DNA from: Armatimonadota bacterium
Lineage (GTDB): Bacteria > Sysuimicrobiota > Sysuimicrobiia > Sysuimicrobiales > Humicultoraceae
Reading direction: 5' to 3'
Assembly: GCA_037443365.1 (NCBI GenBank)
Contig: JBBIOM010000008.1
Coordinates: 1-49,668, forward strand
Length of the DNA stretch: 49,668 bases
A program made the translations under genes and the position numbers. The notes beneath the pieces are model-generated. The model was not told the origin of the DNA. It searched no databases and worked only from the letters and a program-made list of their open reading frames with translations. Positions 17,303-30,400 of the stretch are shown in pieces (position 1 is the first letter of the stretch; each line of letters begins with the position of its first letter).

Positions 17303-18220
17303 ATGAGCGGCGCGGTCTACGTCAACGGACGCATCTGCACGCGAGAAGAAGCGAGCGTCTCGGTCTACGATCACGGGTTCCTCTACGGCGACGGCGTGTT
17401 CGAGGGAATCCGCGCCTACGACGGGCGCATCTTCAAGCTCGATGAGCACGTCGCCCGGCTGTACGAGTCGGCCCGCCACATAATGCTCGAGATCCCGCTG
17501 TCCCCCGAGGCGTTCGCGGCGGCGATCGTCGAGACGGTGCGTGCGAGCGGGCTGCGCGACGCCTACATACGCCCGGTGGTCAGCCGCGGCCCGGGCGACC
17601 TCGGGCTGGATCCGCGCAGGTGCCGGGGGGCGACCGTGGTCATAATCGTGGATTCGATCCGGCTCTACCCCCAGGAGGCCTACGAGAGAGGCCTGCGCGT
17701 GATCACGGCGACGGTGAGACGGCCGGCCGCCGATGTGCTCAACGCCCGCATCAAGTCGCTCAACTACCTCAACAACATCCTCGCGCGCATCGAGGCCAAC
17801 CAGGCAGGCGCACACGAGGCCCTCATGCTGAACCAGGGGGGGTATGTGTGCGAGTGCAGCGCCGACAACATCTTCATTGTCAGGGGAAGCGCCCTGTTGA
17901 CGCCTGCCGCGCACCTGGGGCTGCTGGGGGGCATCACGCGCGCCACCGTGCTTTCGCTGGGGCGCGAACTGGGCCTGGCCGCCGAGGAGTGCGTGTTCAC
18001 GCTGCACGAGGTGTACACCGCCGACGAGTGCTTCGTAACCGGCACCGGGGCGGAGGTCGCGCCGGTGGTGGAGGTGGACGGCCGCCGCATCGGAGACGGC
18101 CGGCCCGGGCCGGCTACTCACCGCCTGATCGCCGCGTTTCGAGATCTGGTACGCTGCACGGGCACCTTGGTCTACGCTGAGAACGCGCCCAGTGGCGCGG
18201 TGCGGGATGAGCGCGGATGA
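17303..18220 (+). CDS. ilvE: Branched-chain amino acid aminotransferase
   Basis: SD AGGAGG. DHGFLYGDGVFEGIRAY, IKSLNYLNNI, LGGITR, GTGAEVAPV. Confidence 0.92.
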   Translation: MSGAVYVNGRICTREEASVSVYDHGFLYGDGVFEGIRAYDGRIFKLDEHVARLYESARHIMLEIPLSPEAFAAAIVETVRASGLRDAYIRPVVSRGPGDLGLDPRRCRGATVVIIVDSIRLYPQEAYERGLRVITATVRRPAADVLNARIKSLNYLNNILARIEANQAGAHEALMLNQGGYVCECSADNIFIVRGSALLTPAAHLGLLGGITRATVLSLGRELGLAAEECVFTLHEVYTADECFVTGTGAEVAPVVEVDGRRIGDGRPGPATHRLIAAFRDLVRCTGTLVYAENAPSGAVRDERG

Positions 18221-19148
18221 CACCCGGCCCTCGGGCGTGGAGATGGCCTGCGAGGCCTACCTGAACTACACGCTGGCCGAGCGCGGCCTGGCCCGCAACA
18301 CGGTTGAAGCCTACGCCCGCGACCTACGGGACTTCGCCGCCTTCGCCGCGCGGCGGGGCGTGCTCGATCCCGCCGATCTGCGGAGAACGACCCTGACCCT
18401 GTACCTGCTCTCGCTTCGCCGGCGGGGCCTTGCCGCCGGCACGGTCGCCCGGCGTCTGGCCGCCATCCGGGGGTTGACCTCGTTCCTTCTGCGAGAAGGC
18501 CTGACCGCGGACGATCCTGCGCTAGACCTGCGGCCGGCGCGCCGGGCGCGCCGCCTGCCAGAGGTGCTCACGGCCGACGAGGTGGCGCGAATCCTTAGCC
18601 AGCCCCAGGGGACGGACCCCGCACCGCTACGCGACCGCGCTATCCTGGAACTCCTGTACGCGGCCGGGCTGCGCGTCAGCGAACTCGTGGCCCTGGATGT
18701 GGGCGACGTGGACCTCGCGATGGAGTATGTCCGGTGCGTGGGCAAAGGGTCCAGGGAGCGCATTGTGCCCATAGGATCCCAGGCGGTCAACGCCGTGCGG
18801 CACTACCTGGCCCTGGCGCGACCCGCGCTCGCAGGGCGCCGCGCCAGGCCGGCCCTGTTCCTGAACTGGCGCGGGGGGCGGTTGACTCGCCAGAGCGTCT
18901 GGGTGGTGTTGAAGAGGTGCGCCACGCGGGCCGGGATCCGGAAGCGGCTGGGCCCACACACGCTGCGTCACTCGTTCGCAACACACCTGCTCGACGGCGG
19001 TGCCGACCTGCGCTCGGTGCAGGAGATGCTCGGGCATGCCAGCGTCGTCACCACGCAGATCTACACCCACCTGACGCGGTCGCGGCTGCGCGACGCCTAC
19101 CGGCGTGCGCACCCACGCGATCGGATGGACGTAGGGCTGCCGCGATGA
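18207..19148 (+). CDS. xerD: Tyrosine recombinase XerD
   Basis: ERGLARNTVEAYARDL, RDRAILELLYAAGLRVSEL, GKGSRER, HTLRHSFATHLL, LGHAS..TTQIYT. Conserved xerD-deoB-punA synteny. Start uncertain. Confidence 0.93.
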   Translation: MSADDTRPSGVEMACEAYLNYTLAERGLARNTVEAYARDLRDFAAFAARRGVLDPADLRRTTLTLYLLSLRRRGLAAGTVARRLAAIRGLTSFLLREGLTADDPALDLRPARRARRLPEVLTADEVARILSQPQGTDPAPLRDRAILELLYAAGLRVSELVALDVGDVDLAMEYVRCVGKGSRERIVPIGSQAVNAVRHYLALARPALAGRRARPALFLNWRGGRLTRQSVWVVLKRCATRAGIRKRLGPHTLRHSFATHLLDGGADLRSVQEMLGHASVVTTQIYTHLTRSRLRDAYRRAHPRDRMDVGLPR

Positions 19149-20320
19149 GGGCGCTCATCCTGGTCCTCGATGGGTGCGGGATCGGGGCAGCCCCTGATGC
19201 CGCCGTCTACGGCGATCTGGGCAGCAACACCCTGGTGAATGTGGCGCGCGCCTGCGGCGGGCTGCGCCTCCCGGCATTGGAGCGCCTCGGGCTGGGCGTG
19301 CTCGACGCGATCCCGGGCGTGGCGCCGCTCCCCGACCACACGGCGGCCGCGGGCGTGATGCGCCCGCGCTCCGCCGGCAAGGACTCGACCACCGGGCACT
19401 GGGAACTTGCAGGGCTCGTGGTGGAGCGTCCGTTCCCGACCTACCCTCACGGGTTTCCCCCGGACCTCGTACGCGCGTTCGAGCGCGCGATCGGCCGGGA
19501 GACCCTGGGCAACGTGGCGGCCTCGGGCACGGAGATCATCCAGGCCCTGGGCGCCCGGCACGTGGAGAGCGGTGCGCCGATCGTCTACACCTCGGCCGAC
19601 AGCGTGTTCCAGATAGCGGCGCACGAGGCGGTCGTGCCGGTCGAAGAACTCTACCGCTGGTGCCAGATCGCCCGGGTCCTGCTGGTGGGCGAGCACGCGG
19701 TCAGCCGGGTGATAGCCAGGCCGTTCGTGGGAACGCCAGGCGCGTTCGTACGCACCGACCGGCGACGCGACTTCTCTTTGCCCCCGGTGGGCCCTACCGT
19801 GCTCGATGCCCTCACCGAGCAGGGCGTTCCGGTAGTGGGGGTGGGGAAGATCGAGGATCTCTTCGGCGGAAGCGGCCTCGCGCGCGCCGTGCATACCCAC
19901 GACGACCTGGACGGCATCGCCCAGATCGTGGCCGCGGTCGGGAGCCTGGGGCACGGGCTCGTGTTCGCGAATCTGGTGGAACTGGATATGGTCTACGGCC
20001 ACCGCAACAACGTCCTGGGCTTTGCGGCGCACCTGGAGGCGCTCGATGCGCGCCTGCCCGAGATACTGGGGGTCTGCGCGCCCGGCGACCTGGTGCTCGT
20101 TGCCGCCGATCATGGGAACGATCCCACCACGCCCAGCACCGACCACTCGCGCGAGAAGGTCCCGGTGCTGGCGTGGCGGCCCGGCCTGGCCCCGGGCCTG
20201 TGCCTGGGCGAGCGTGAGAGCTTCGCGGACCTGGCCGCCACCGTGGCCGAGGCCTTCGCGCTTGCGTGGCGCGGTCCGGGCGAGAGCTTCTGGCACGTTC
20301 TGGAGGAGGGACGGGGATGA
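19145..20320 (+). CDS. deoB: Phosphopentomutase
   Basis: LVLDGCGIG, GKDSTTGHWE, YTSADSVFQIAAHE, YGHRN, ADHGNDPT…DHSRE. Confidence 0.96.
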   Translation: MRALILVLDGCGIGAAPDAAVYGDLGSNTLVNVARACGGLRLPALERLGLGVLDAIPGVAPLPDHTAAAGVMRPRSAGKDSTTGHWELAGLVVERPFPTYPHGFPPDLVRAFERAIGRETLGNVAASGTEIIQALGARHVESGAPIVYTSADSVFQIAAHEAVVPVEELYRWCQIARVLLVGEHAVSRVIARPFVGTPGAFVRTDRRRDFSLPPVGPTVLDALTEQGVPVVGVGKIEDLFGGSGLARAVHTHDDLDGIAQIVAAVGSLGHGLVFANLVELDMVYGHRNNVLGFAAHLEALDARLPEILGVCAPGDLVLVAADHGNDPTTPSTDHSREKVPVLAWRPGLAPGLCLGERESFADLAATVAEAFALAWRGPGESFWHVLEEGRG

Positions 20321-21141
20321 GTTGGGCGGCGCGCGCGCAGGAGGCGGTGCAGGCGGTGCAGGGCGAATTCGCCGGAACGCCTGGGGTGGCCGTGATCCTG
20401 GGCTCCGGGCTGGGAGCGCTGGCCGACGAGGTCAACTGCGAGGCGACGATCGCCTACGCGAAGATCCCGCACTTCCCGCGCCCCGGCATCGAAGGGCACG
20501 CGGGCCGCCTGGTCCTGGGAACCCTGGAGGGCCGGCCGGTGGCGGTGATGCAGGGCCGCGCGCACTACTACGAGGGCTACTCGATGCCCGAGGTCGTCTT
20601 TCCCGTGCGCGTGCTGCGGGCCCTGGGCGCGCGGATCCTGATCGTGAGCAACGCCGCGGGCGGGCTCAACCGTCAGTTCCGTTCGGGCGACCTAATGGTC
20701 ATCACGGACCACATCAACTTCATGGGCACGAACCCGTTGATCGGTCCCAACGAGCCCGAACTGGGCCCGCGCTTTCCCGACATGTCCGAGGCCTACGACC
20801 GGGAACTGGTCGCCCTCGCCGAGGCGGCGGCTCGGAGCAACGGCATCACCCTGCGCAAGGGAATCTATGTGGGTGTACCCGGGCCTTCCTATGAGACGCC
20901 GGCGGAACTGCGCATGCTGGCCCGGTGGGGCGGGGACGCTGTGGGGATGTCCACCGTGCACGAGGTGATCGCCGCGCGGCACGCCGGGATGCGCGTGCTG
21001 GGGCTCACCGCGATCACCGATATGGCCACGGGCGAGAGCGTCGCGCCGGTCTCGCACGAGGAAGTGCTAGCCGTGGCGCGTGAACTCGAGCCGAGATTCG
21101 TGCGTCTGGTCCGTCGCATCGTCGCGACGCTGCCGGCGTAG
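20317..21141 (+). CDS. punA: Purine nucleoside phosphorylase (trimeric type)
   Basis: ILGSGLG, GHAGRL, QGRAHYYEG, GPSYETPAE, DAVGMSTV. Confidence 0.93.
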   Translation: MSWAARAQEAVQAVQGEFAGTPGVAVILGSGLGALADEVNCEATIAYAKIPHFPRPGIEGHAGRLVLGTLEGRPVAVMQGRAHYYEGYSMPEVVFPVRVLRALGARILIVSNAAGGLNRQFRSGDLMVITDHINFMGTNPLIGPNEPELGPRFPDMSEAYDRELVALAEAAARSNGITLRKGIYVGVPGPSYETPAELRMLARWGGDAVGMSTVHEVIAARHAGMRVLGLTAITDMATGESVAPVSHEEVLAVARELEPRFVRLVRRIVATLPA

Positions 21142-21158
21142 CGCGGCACTAGTCTGGG

Positions 21159-22466
21159 ATGCGTCCCTACGAACTGATCCGCAAGAAGCGCGACGGCGGG
21201 GAGCTCTCGGCCGACGAGATCGCCTGGCTGGTGGACGGCTTTGTTGAGGGACGGGTGCCCGACTACCAGGTGGCCGCCTTCCTGATGGCGGTCTACTTTC
21301 GAGGGATGTCGCCCGAAGAGACGGCCGCGCTCACGCAGGCGATGGTGCGCTCAGGCGAGACTCTCGACCTGGGAGCGCCCGCAGGGCGCGCCGTGGACAA
21401 GCACAGCAGCGGCGGGGTGGGCGACAAGACCTCGCTGGTGCTGGTTCCGCTCGTGGCCTCGGCAGGAGTGCCGGTGCCCAAGCTCTCCGGGCGCGGCCTG
21501 GGGCACACCGGCGGGACGCTGGACAAGCTCGAGGCGATCCCCGGCTTTCGGACAGGGCTGTCCATGCAGGAGTTCAAAGACCAGGTCGCGCGCATAGGAT
21601 GCGCCATAGCCGGGCAGAGCCCGGCGCTGGTGCCGGCTGACGCGCACCTCTACGCGCTGCGCGACGTCACGGCCACGGTTGACAGCGTGCCGCTGATCGC
21701 CTCCAGCATCATGTCCAAGAAGCTGGCCGTCGGATCGTCCGCCATCCTGCTCGACGTCAAGTGCGGGCGAGGGGCGTTCATGAAGACGGAGGCAGAGGCC
21801 AGGACCCTGGCCGAGACCATGGTGGGCATCGGCCGAGCGGCCGGCCGGCGCACCGTGGCAGTGATAAGCGGCATGGACCAGCCGCTGGGCCGCGCCGTGG
21901 GGAACGCGCTCGAGGTCGCCGAGGCGATCGCAACCCTTCGCGGCAATGGGCCGAGCGATCTGGAGGCCCTCTGCCTGGTCCTGGGAGGGTGGATGCTCGT
22001 TCTGGGAGGGCGGGCTGCCTCTCCAGAAGAGGGCCGTCAGGAGCTGGAGCGGCGGTTGCGCGGTGGTGACGCGTTGCGCAAGTTCGAGGAACTCGTGCGC
22101 GCGCAGGGTGGCGACGCGCGTGTCGCCCTGGATCCGCGGGTGCTGCCCGCGGCGCCTTGCCAGATGGCGGTGCCCGCCCCTGCGCGGGGAATGGTGGCAG
22201 ACATCGACGCCGAGGCGATTGGGCTGGCGTGCATGCGGCTGGGCGCCGGGCGGGTACGCAAGGAAGGGGTCATTGACCCGGCGGTGGGCGTGGTGATCGA
22301 GCGGAGCGTGGGCGCCGCGGTCGAGACCGGTGACCGTCTTGCCACGGTGCATGCCAGGTCAGAGGAGGCCGGGCTTGCCGCCTCCGGCGGTGTGGCCGCG
22401 GCCTTCACGCTGGCCGACGGTGTGCCAGAGGCGGCCCCGGTGATCCGGGGCGTCATCAACGGGTAG
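21159..22466 (+). CDS. pdp: Pyrimidine-nucleoside/thymidine phosphorylase
   Basis: IRKKRDG, DKHSSGGVGDK, SGRGLGHTGGTLDKLEAIPG, YALRDVTATV. Confidence 0.95.
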   Translation: MRPYELIRKKRDGGELSADEIAWLVDGFVEGRVPDYQVAAFLMAVYFRGMSPEETAALTQAMVRSGETLDLGAPAGRAVDKHSSGGVGDKTSLVLVPLVASAGVPVPKLSGRGLGHTGGTLDKLEAIPGFRTGLSMQEFKDQVARIGCAIAGQSPALVPADAHLYALRDVTATVDSVPLIASSIMSKKLAVGSSAILLDVKCGRGAFMKTEAEARTLAETMVGIGRAAGRRTVAVISGMDQPLGRAVGNALEVAEAIATLRGNGPSDLEALCLVLGGWMLVLGGRAASPEEGRQELERRLRGGDALRKFEELVRAQGGDARVALDPRVLPAAPCQMAVPAPARGMVADIDAEAIGLACMRLGAGRVRKEGVIDPAVGVVIERSVGAAVETGDRLATVHARSEEAGLAASGGVAAAFTLADGVPEAAPVIRGVING

Positions 22467-22504
22467 GCGCCGGCAGCCGGCGGCTACGACGAGGGGAGGA
22501 CCCG

Positions 22505-23353
22505 ATGATTCGCAGCGTGGGCGTGGTGGGTTGTGGGCTCATGGGATCTGGCATCGCGGAGGTGGCGGCTCGATCCGGCTACGAGGTGGTGGTACGCGAG
22601 GTCACCGAAGAACTGCTCGCCGGAGGGCTGGCGCGGCTGCGGGGTTCGCTGCGGCGCGCGGTCGAGCGCGGCAAGCTCGACCAGGCCGCGTGCGAGAGCG
22701 CTCTGGGCCGCATCCGCGGGACAACGGCCCTGGCCGATCTTGCCGGCGTGGACCTGGTCGTTGAAGCGATACTCGAGCGGATGGACGAGAAGAAGGCGCT
22801 CCTGGCCGAACTGGACCGTCTCGTGGCGCCGGGAGTGGTCCTGGCCAGCAACACGTCGTCGCTCTCGATCACCGAGATGGCCTCGTCCACCGGGCGTCCG
22901 GAGCAGGTGGTAGGGCTGCACTTCTTCAACCCCGTTCCCGTGATGCCGCTCGTGGAGATCGTCCGGGGGCTTCGCACCAGCGACGAGGTCGTGGCGGCGA
23001 TGCGCGACTTCGCCGGGTCGCTGGGCAAGACCGTCGTGGTGGCAAGAGACACGCCCGGCTTCATCGTGAACCGGCTGCTGGTCCCGTACCTGCTCGACGC
23101 GATCCGCGCCCTCGAGTTGGGGGTCGCCTCGAAGGAGGACATTGACTCCGCGATCACGCTGGGGTTGGGGCATCCCATGGGGCCGCTGGCACTGCTCGAC
23201 TTCGTAGGCCTGGACACGGCCTACTACATCGCCGAGGCCATGTTCGCCGAGTTCAAGGACGCCCGTTACGCCGCGCCGCCGTTGCTGCGTCAGATGGTCC
23301 TGGCCGGATGGCTGGGCCGCAAGAGCCGGCGCGGCTTCTACGAGTACCAGTAG
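22505..23353 (+). CDS. hbd: 3-hydroxybutyryl-CoA dehydrogenase
   Basis: GVVGCGLMGSGIA, ASNTSSLSIT, GLHFFNPVPVM, PGFIVNR, HPMGPL. Confidence 0.92.
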   Translation: MIRSVGVVGCGLMGSGIAEVAARSGYEVVVREVTEELLAGGLARLRGSLRRAVERGKLDQAACESALGRIRGTTALADLAGVDLVVEAILERMDEKKALLAELDRLVAPGVVLASNTSSLSITEMASSTGRPEQVVGLHFFNPVPVMPLVEIVRGLRTSDEVVAAMRDFAGSLGKTVVVARDTPGFIVNRLLVPYLLDAIRALELGVASKEDIDSAITLGLGHPMGPLALLDFVGLDTAYYIAEAMFAEFKDARYAAPPLLRQMVLAGWLGRKSRRGFYEYQ

Positions 23354-23412
23354 CGCGGCAGGAAAGGACCGCACTTCACGAAGAACAATCCACAGGGGAT
23401 AGAGAGGGCTGG

Positions 23413-24558
<1,146 letters not shown>

Positions 24559-24571
24559 AGAGGGAGGCGCG

Positions 24572-25366
24572 ATGAACGTCGTTGTCTGTCTGAAGCAGGT
24601 TGTGGACCCCGAGCTTCCGGCGAAGGACTTCGCCATGGATCCCGGCACACAGAGGCAGGTGCGCGAGGGGCGGCCGCTCGTCATATCCACCTATGACGAG
24701 AACGCCCTCGAGGTCGCCCTGCAGCTCAAGGACGCCTCGGGCGCCGGCGTGAAGGTGCTGACGCTGGGTGCGCAGGCCGCGGTCGGCGACGCGATACGGC
24801 TGGCGCTTGCGATGGGCGCCGATGAGGCAGTGGTTGTGGATGACGCCCTGGCTCCGGAGCGAGCCGGGGCCGAGAAGGCCCGCATGCTCGCCGCGGCGAT
24901 CCGCAGGATGGGTTCGGTTGACCTGATCCTGACCGGGTGCGAGTCGGCGGACTGGGTGGAGCGGGTGGTGGCGCCCCTGCTGGCCGAGGATTTGGGTGTC
25001 GCCTGCGTGACCTTTGTCTCCCGCATAGAGTCGCGGGACGGCGCGCCCGTTGTCCGGCGCATGGTGGAGGACGGGCACCATCTCGTCGAGGTGCGGCTGC
25101 CCGCGGTGCTTTCCATCACAAGCGACGAGTCGAACCGCCCGCGCCTGCCCAAGGTGAAGGACATCATGGCGGCCAAGCGCAAGCCGGTCCAGACCTGGGC
25201 GCCCGCCGACCTTGTCTTGACGGCGACGAGCGATCCCGCGTCAGGGGTCGAGGTGCGCCAGGTGGTGGTGCCGGAGCGCACGTCGCGCTGCGAGTTCTTG
25301 ACCGGCGAGCCCCCCGAACTGGTAGAGGCGTTGGTGCAACGGCTGCGCGACCAGAAACTGCTGTAG
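24572..25366 (+). CDS. etfB: Electron transfer flavoprotein beta subunit
   Basis: VVCLKQVVD, YDENALEVAL, LAMGAD, PRLP…IMAAKRK. Confidence 0.93.
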   Translation: MNVVVCLKQVVDPELPAKDFAMDPGTQRQVREGRPLVISTYDENALEVALQLKDASGAGVKVLTLGAQAAVGDAIRLALAMGADEAVVVDDALAPERAGAEKARMLAAAIRRMGSVDLILTGCESADWVERVVAPLLAEDLGVACVTFVSRIESRDGAPVVRRMVEDGHHLVEVRLPAVLSITSDESNRPRLPKVKDIMAAKRKPVQTWAPADLVLTATSDPASGVEVRQVVVPERTSRCEFLTGEPPELVEALVQRLRDQKLL

Positions 25367-25382
25367 GCGAAGGAGCGGAGAG

Positions 25383-26366
25383 ATGCCTGACATCCTGGTA
25401 GTTGCCACTGCGCCCCTGGGTACGCTCAGCCGGTCGAGCCTCGAGCTGGTGGCCGGGGCCCACGCCATCCGCGGTCCGCTCGGTCTGGGCGTGACCGGCC
25501 TGCTGCTCGGCACCGGACCCGGGCTGGCTACGGCGCCCCAGGCCCTGCACGAGCACGGCGTGGCCCGGGTGTTGCGCGTGGATCACCCGCTTCTGACCGT
25601 GGGCGAGTCGGACGCCTACCTGCGCGCGCTCGAGCAGGTGGCGCGAAGGGAGAACCCCGAGATCATCCTGGTGAGCGCCGACACGATGGGGCGCGACCTC
25701 GCGGTGCGCCTGGCGTGGCGGCTCGGGGCGGCCCTGGTGACCGAGTGCTCCGATCTGGCGAGCGCCGACGGGGCCGTGGTCGCGAGCCGGCAGGTCTATG
25801 GGGGGAGGGCCGTGGCCACCCTGGCGGTCACCCGACGGCCCGCGGTGCTGTCGCTGAAGCCCAGGTCGCTCGATGCACCGGCGCCCGATCCGGTCGCTGG
25901 GAGCGTGGAGGATCTGTCGGTGGAGTTGCAGCAGGGTGAGCTATCCTCGCGCGTGCGCGAGGTTCTGCGCGAGCAATCGGACGTGGGGCTGGAAGACGCG
26001 CAGGTCGTGATCGGCGGCGGGCGCGGCATGGGAGGACCCGAGGGCTTCGCGCAGCTGGGCGAACTGGCCTCGGTGCTGGGCGGCGCGGTTGGGGCGTCGC
26101 GGCCGCCGGCTGACTCAGGGTGGGTGCCTCTGACCTGGCAGGTCGGGCAGACCGGCAAGACCATCCGTCCCGCGCTCTACATGGCCGTGGGGATCTCCGG
26201 CGCCACGCAGCACGTGGCAGGGGTGTCCGGCTCGCGCCTGATCGTCGCGATCAACCGGGACGCGGAAGCGCCGATCTTCTCGGTCGCCCATCTGGGCATC
26301 GTCGCGGACTACAAGGAGATCGTTCCGGCACTGGTCGCAAAGATAAGGGAGATGAGGGGCCAGTAG
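25383..26366 (+). CDS. etfA: Electron transfer flavoprotein alpha subunit
   Basis: GGRG, GASR, QVGQTGKTIRPALY.AVGISGA.QH, AINRD..APIF. Confidence 0.95.
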   Translation: MPDILVVATAPLGTLSRSSLELVAGAHAIRGPLGLGVTGLLLGTGPGLATAPQALHEHGVARVLRVDHPLLTVGESDAYLRALEQVARRENPEIILVSADTMGRDLAVRLAWRLGAALVTECSDLASADGAVVASRQVYGGRAVATLAVTRRPAVLSLKPRSLDAPAPDPVAGSVEDLSVELQQGELSSRVREVLREQSDVGLEDAQVVIGGGRGMGGPEGFAQLGELASVLGGAVGASRPPADSGWVPLTWQVGQTGKTIRPALYMAVGISGATQHVAGVSGSRLIVAINRDAEAPIFSVAHLGIVADYKEIVPALVAKIREMRGQ

Positions 26367-26400
26367 CCTGCCAGGGCTGCCCTTGGCCTGACCCGGTGAC

Positions 26401-28388
26401 ATGGACCCGCTGACACCCACGCGCGAGATATACTGGAATATCAGCCAGGCCGGCGTGGTCGTGATGTACCTGCTGGCGGCGCTGGCCTTGTTCGCCTGCG
26501 GCCACGGCATCTACCAGCATTTTCGTATGTGGCGGCGCGGGCAGCCCGCAGACCGCCTCCGCCCCATCTGGCCGCGCCTGCGCTCGGTGCTGCTCCACGT
26601 AGCAGCACACAGGAGGCTGCTGACGGAACGCGCGCCCGGGCTCTACCACCTCGCGCTGTTCTGGGGATTCGCCTTCCTGCTGGCGGGGACGGTGGTAGTG
26701 CTGATCCAGGCCGATCTGCGGCTGCCCGTAATGCGCGGGACATTCTACCTGTACTTCCAGTCGCTGACCCTGGACCTGATGGGCCTGGCCGCGGCAGCGG
26801 GCGTGGCCGCGGCCCTGGTGATGCGCTACCTCGTCAGGCCTCCCAGGCTGCGGCGCGGGATCCTCGCCGACGGCGTGATCCTCTGGCTGTTGGAGGCCAT
26901 CCTGGTCACGGGCTTCCTGGTCGAGGGGCTGCGCATCGCCGGGACCGGTGATCCGTGGGGCCGCTGGTCGCCGGTAGGCCATCAGGTATCGCTTCTAGCC
27001 GGCCTCCTGGGCATGGGGCCTGGCGCGATACGCGGCGGCCACGCGTTTCTGTGGTGGGCGCACTTCGCGCTGTCAATGCTCTTCATCGCGTACATCCCGC
27101 GCTCTAAGCTGTTTCACCTGCTGCTCGCGCCCGCAAACGTCTACATGCGGCCGCTCGCGGACGCGGGCAGCCCGCGCCTGGTGGATTTCGATCGGGCCGA
27201 GCGCTTCGGCGCATTCGCCTTCTCCGAGTTCTCCTGGAAGGACCTCTTTGACCTGGACGTGTGCACGGAGTGCGGCCGCTGCAGCGCCGCGTGTCCTGCC
27301 GACGCCACGGGAAAGCTCCTCTCCCCGATGCAGGTTGTGCTGGACCTGCGCGACGAGATGAATCGCACGCGCGGGGCTTCGGAAAGGGTTCTGGCCGGTC
27401 AGGTCGTGCAGTCCGAGGCGCTGTGGGGATGCACGACGTGCCTGGCATGCATGGAGGCGTGCCCGGTGTTCATCGAGCACGTGCCCAAGATAGTGGAGAT
27501 GCGACGGTACCTGGCCATGGAGGAGGCCGTGGTTCCGGATCTCATGGCGGAGGCGCTGCGCAGCCTGGAGGCCAGGGGCCATCCCTTCCGCGGTGCCGGG
27601 ATCTCGCGCACGGCGTGGACCGAGGGCGTCGAGGTGCGGTCGCTGCCGCGCGGCGAGAGGGGGGAGTGGCTGCTCTGGGTCGGCTGCGCCGCGGCGCTGA
27701 ACGAGCGGAACCACTCAACGCTGCGCGCGCTGGTGCGCCTGCTGCGGGCCGCGGGGGTGGACCTGTGCATCCTGGGCGACGAGGAGGTCTGCACCGGCGA
27801 CCCGGCGCGCGCCGTGGGCAACGAGTACCTGTTCCAGACGCTGGCGCGCCAGAACATCGAAACGCTCAACCGATACGGCGTGGGGAAGATCGTGACGGTC
27901 TGCCCGCACTGCTACAACACGTTCAAGCACACCTACCCGAAGATGGGCGGGCAGTACGAGGTCTGGCACCACGCGCGGCTGCTCGCGCACCTCGTGGAGG
28001 AGGGTCGCATCGCACCCTCTGCGCCGGTGCAGGCCGCCGTCGCCTTCCACGATCCCTGCTACCTGGGCCGGCACAACGGCGAGTACGAGGCCCCGCGCCG
28101 GGTGCTCCGAGCGATCCCGGGCGTACGAACCGTGGAGATGTCGAGGTGCCGTGAGGGAGGGTTCTGCTGCGGCGCTGGCGGAGGTCTCTACTGGTCCGAG
28201 GACAGGACCGGACGCCGCATCAACCACGTGCGCACCGAGCAGGCCGTCCAGACCGGGGCCCAGATCGTCGCCACCGCCTGCCCGTTTTGCATGCTCATGA
28301 TCGAGGACGGCGTGGCCGCGCTGGAAGGCGGAATCCGGCCCCTGGACGTCGCCGAGCTGCTGGATCGAAGCGTTGACAGGAGTCGCTG

Positions 28389-28389
<1 letters not shown>
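26401..28389 (+). CDS. Membrane Fe-S oxidoreductase (FadF/EtfD/ETF:menaquinone oxidoreductase family)
   Basis: N-terminal multi-TM cytochrome b-like region, two 4Fe-4S motifs (CTECGRC..CP, CTTCLAC..CP) and two CCG-type domains ([15 protein letters not shown]). Follows etfBA. Confidence 0.88.
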
Positions 28390-29963
<1,574 letters not shown>

Positions 29964-29989
29964 ACCGGGGCAACGAGAGGAGAATCACG

Positions 29990-30400
29990 ATGGCACGCGC
30001 CGTTCGCATCCTGCTGGCCAAGCCCGGATTGGACGGGCACGACCGGGGGGTGAAGGTCGTGGCGCGCGCGCTGCGCGACGCCGGGTGCGAGGTGATATAC
30101 ACCGGGCTTCACCAGACGCCGGAGATGATCGTGGCCGCAGCCGTTCAGGAAGATGTCGACGCCATCGGCCTGTCCATACTCTCGGGGGCACACAACGTGC
30201 TGTTTCCTCGTGTCACCGCCCTGCTCGCGGAGCAGGGCGCCGCGGAGATCGCGGTGTTCGGCGGCGGGATCATCCCCGAGGAGGATGTCCCGGGGCTGGC
30301 GGAGGCCGGCATAAGGCGGGTCTTCTGCCCCGGTACGTCCCTCTCGGAAATCGTACAATGGGTGAAGGAGCACATTCGGCCCAGGGGGGTCGCGGCGTGA
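29990..30400 (+). CDS. icmB: B12-binding small subunit of acyl-CoA mutase
   Basis: [10 protein letters not shown] (DxHxxG), SILSGAH, GGGIIP. Confidence 0.85.
   Translation: MARAVRILLAKPGLDGHDRGVKVVARALRDAGCEVIYTGLHQTPEMIVAAAVQEDVDAIGLSILSGAHNVLFPRVTALLAEQGAAEIAVFGGGIIPEEDVPGLAEAGIRRVFCPGTSLSEIVQWVKEHIRPRGVAA

Noticed and set aside
18207-19148. Tyrosine recombinase as a prophage or island integrase
   Set aside because: It has XerD-type motifs and housekeeping xerD-deoB-punA synteny. No att repeats, tRNA or cargo genes were seen.
21150-21161. TAGTCT as a -10 box for a leaderless pdp
   Set aside because: It is only 3 nt from the ATG with no convincing -35. pdp is more simply co-transcribed with punA.
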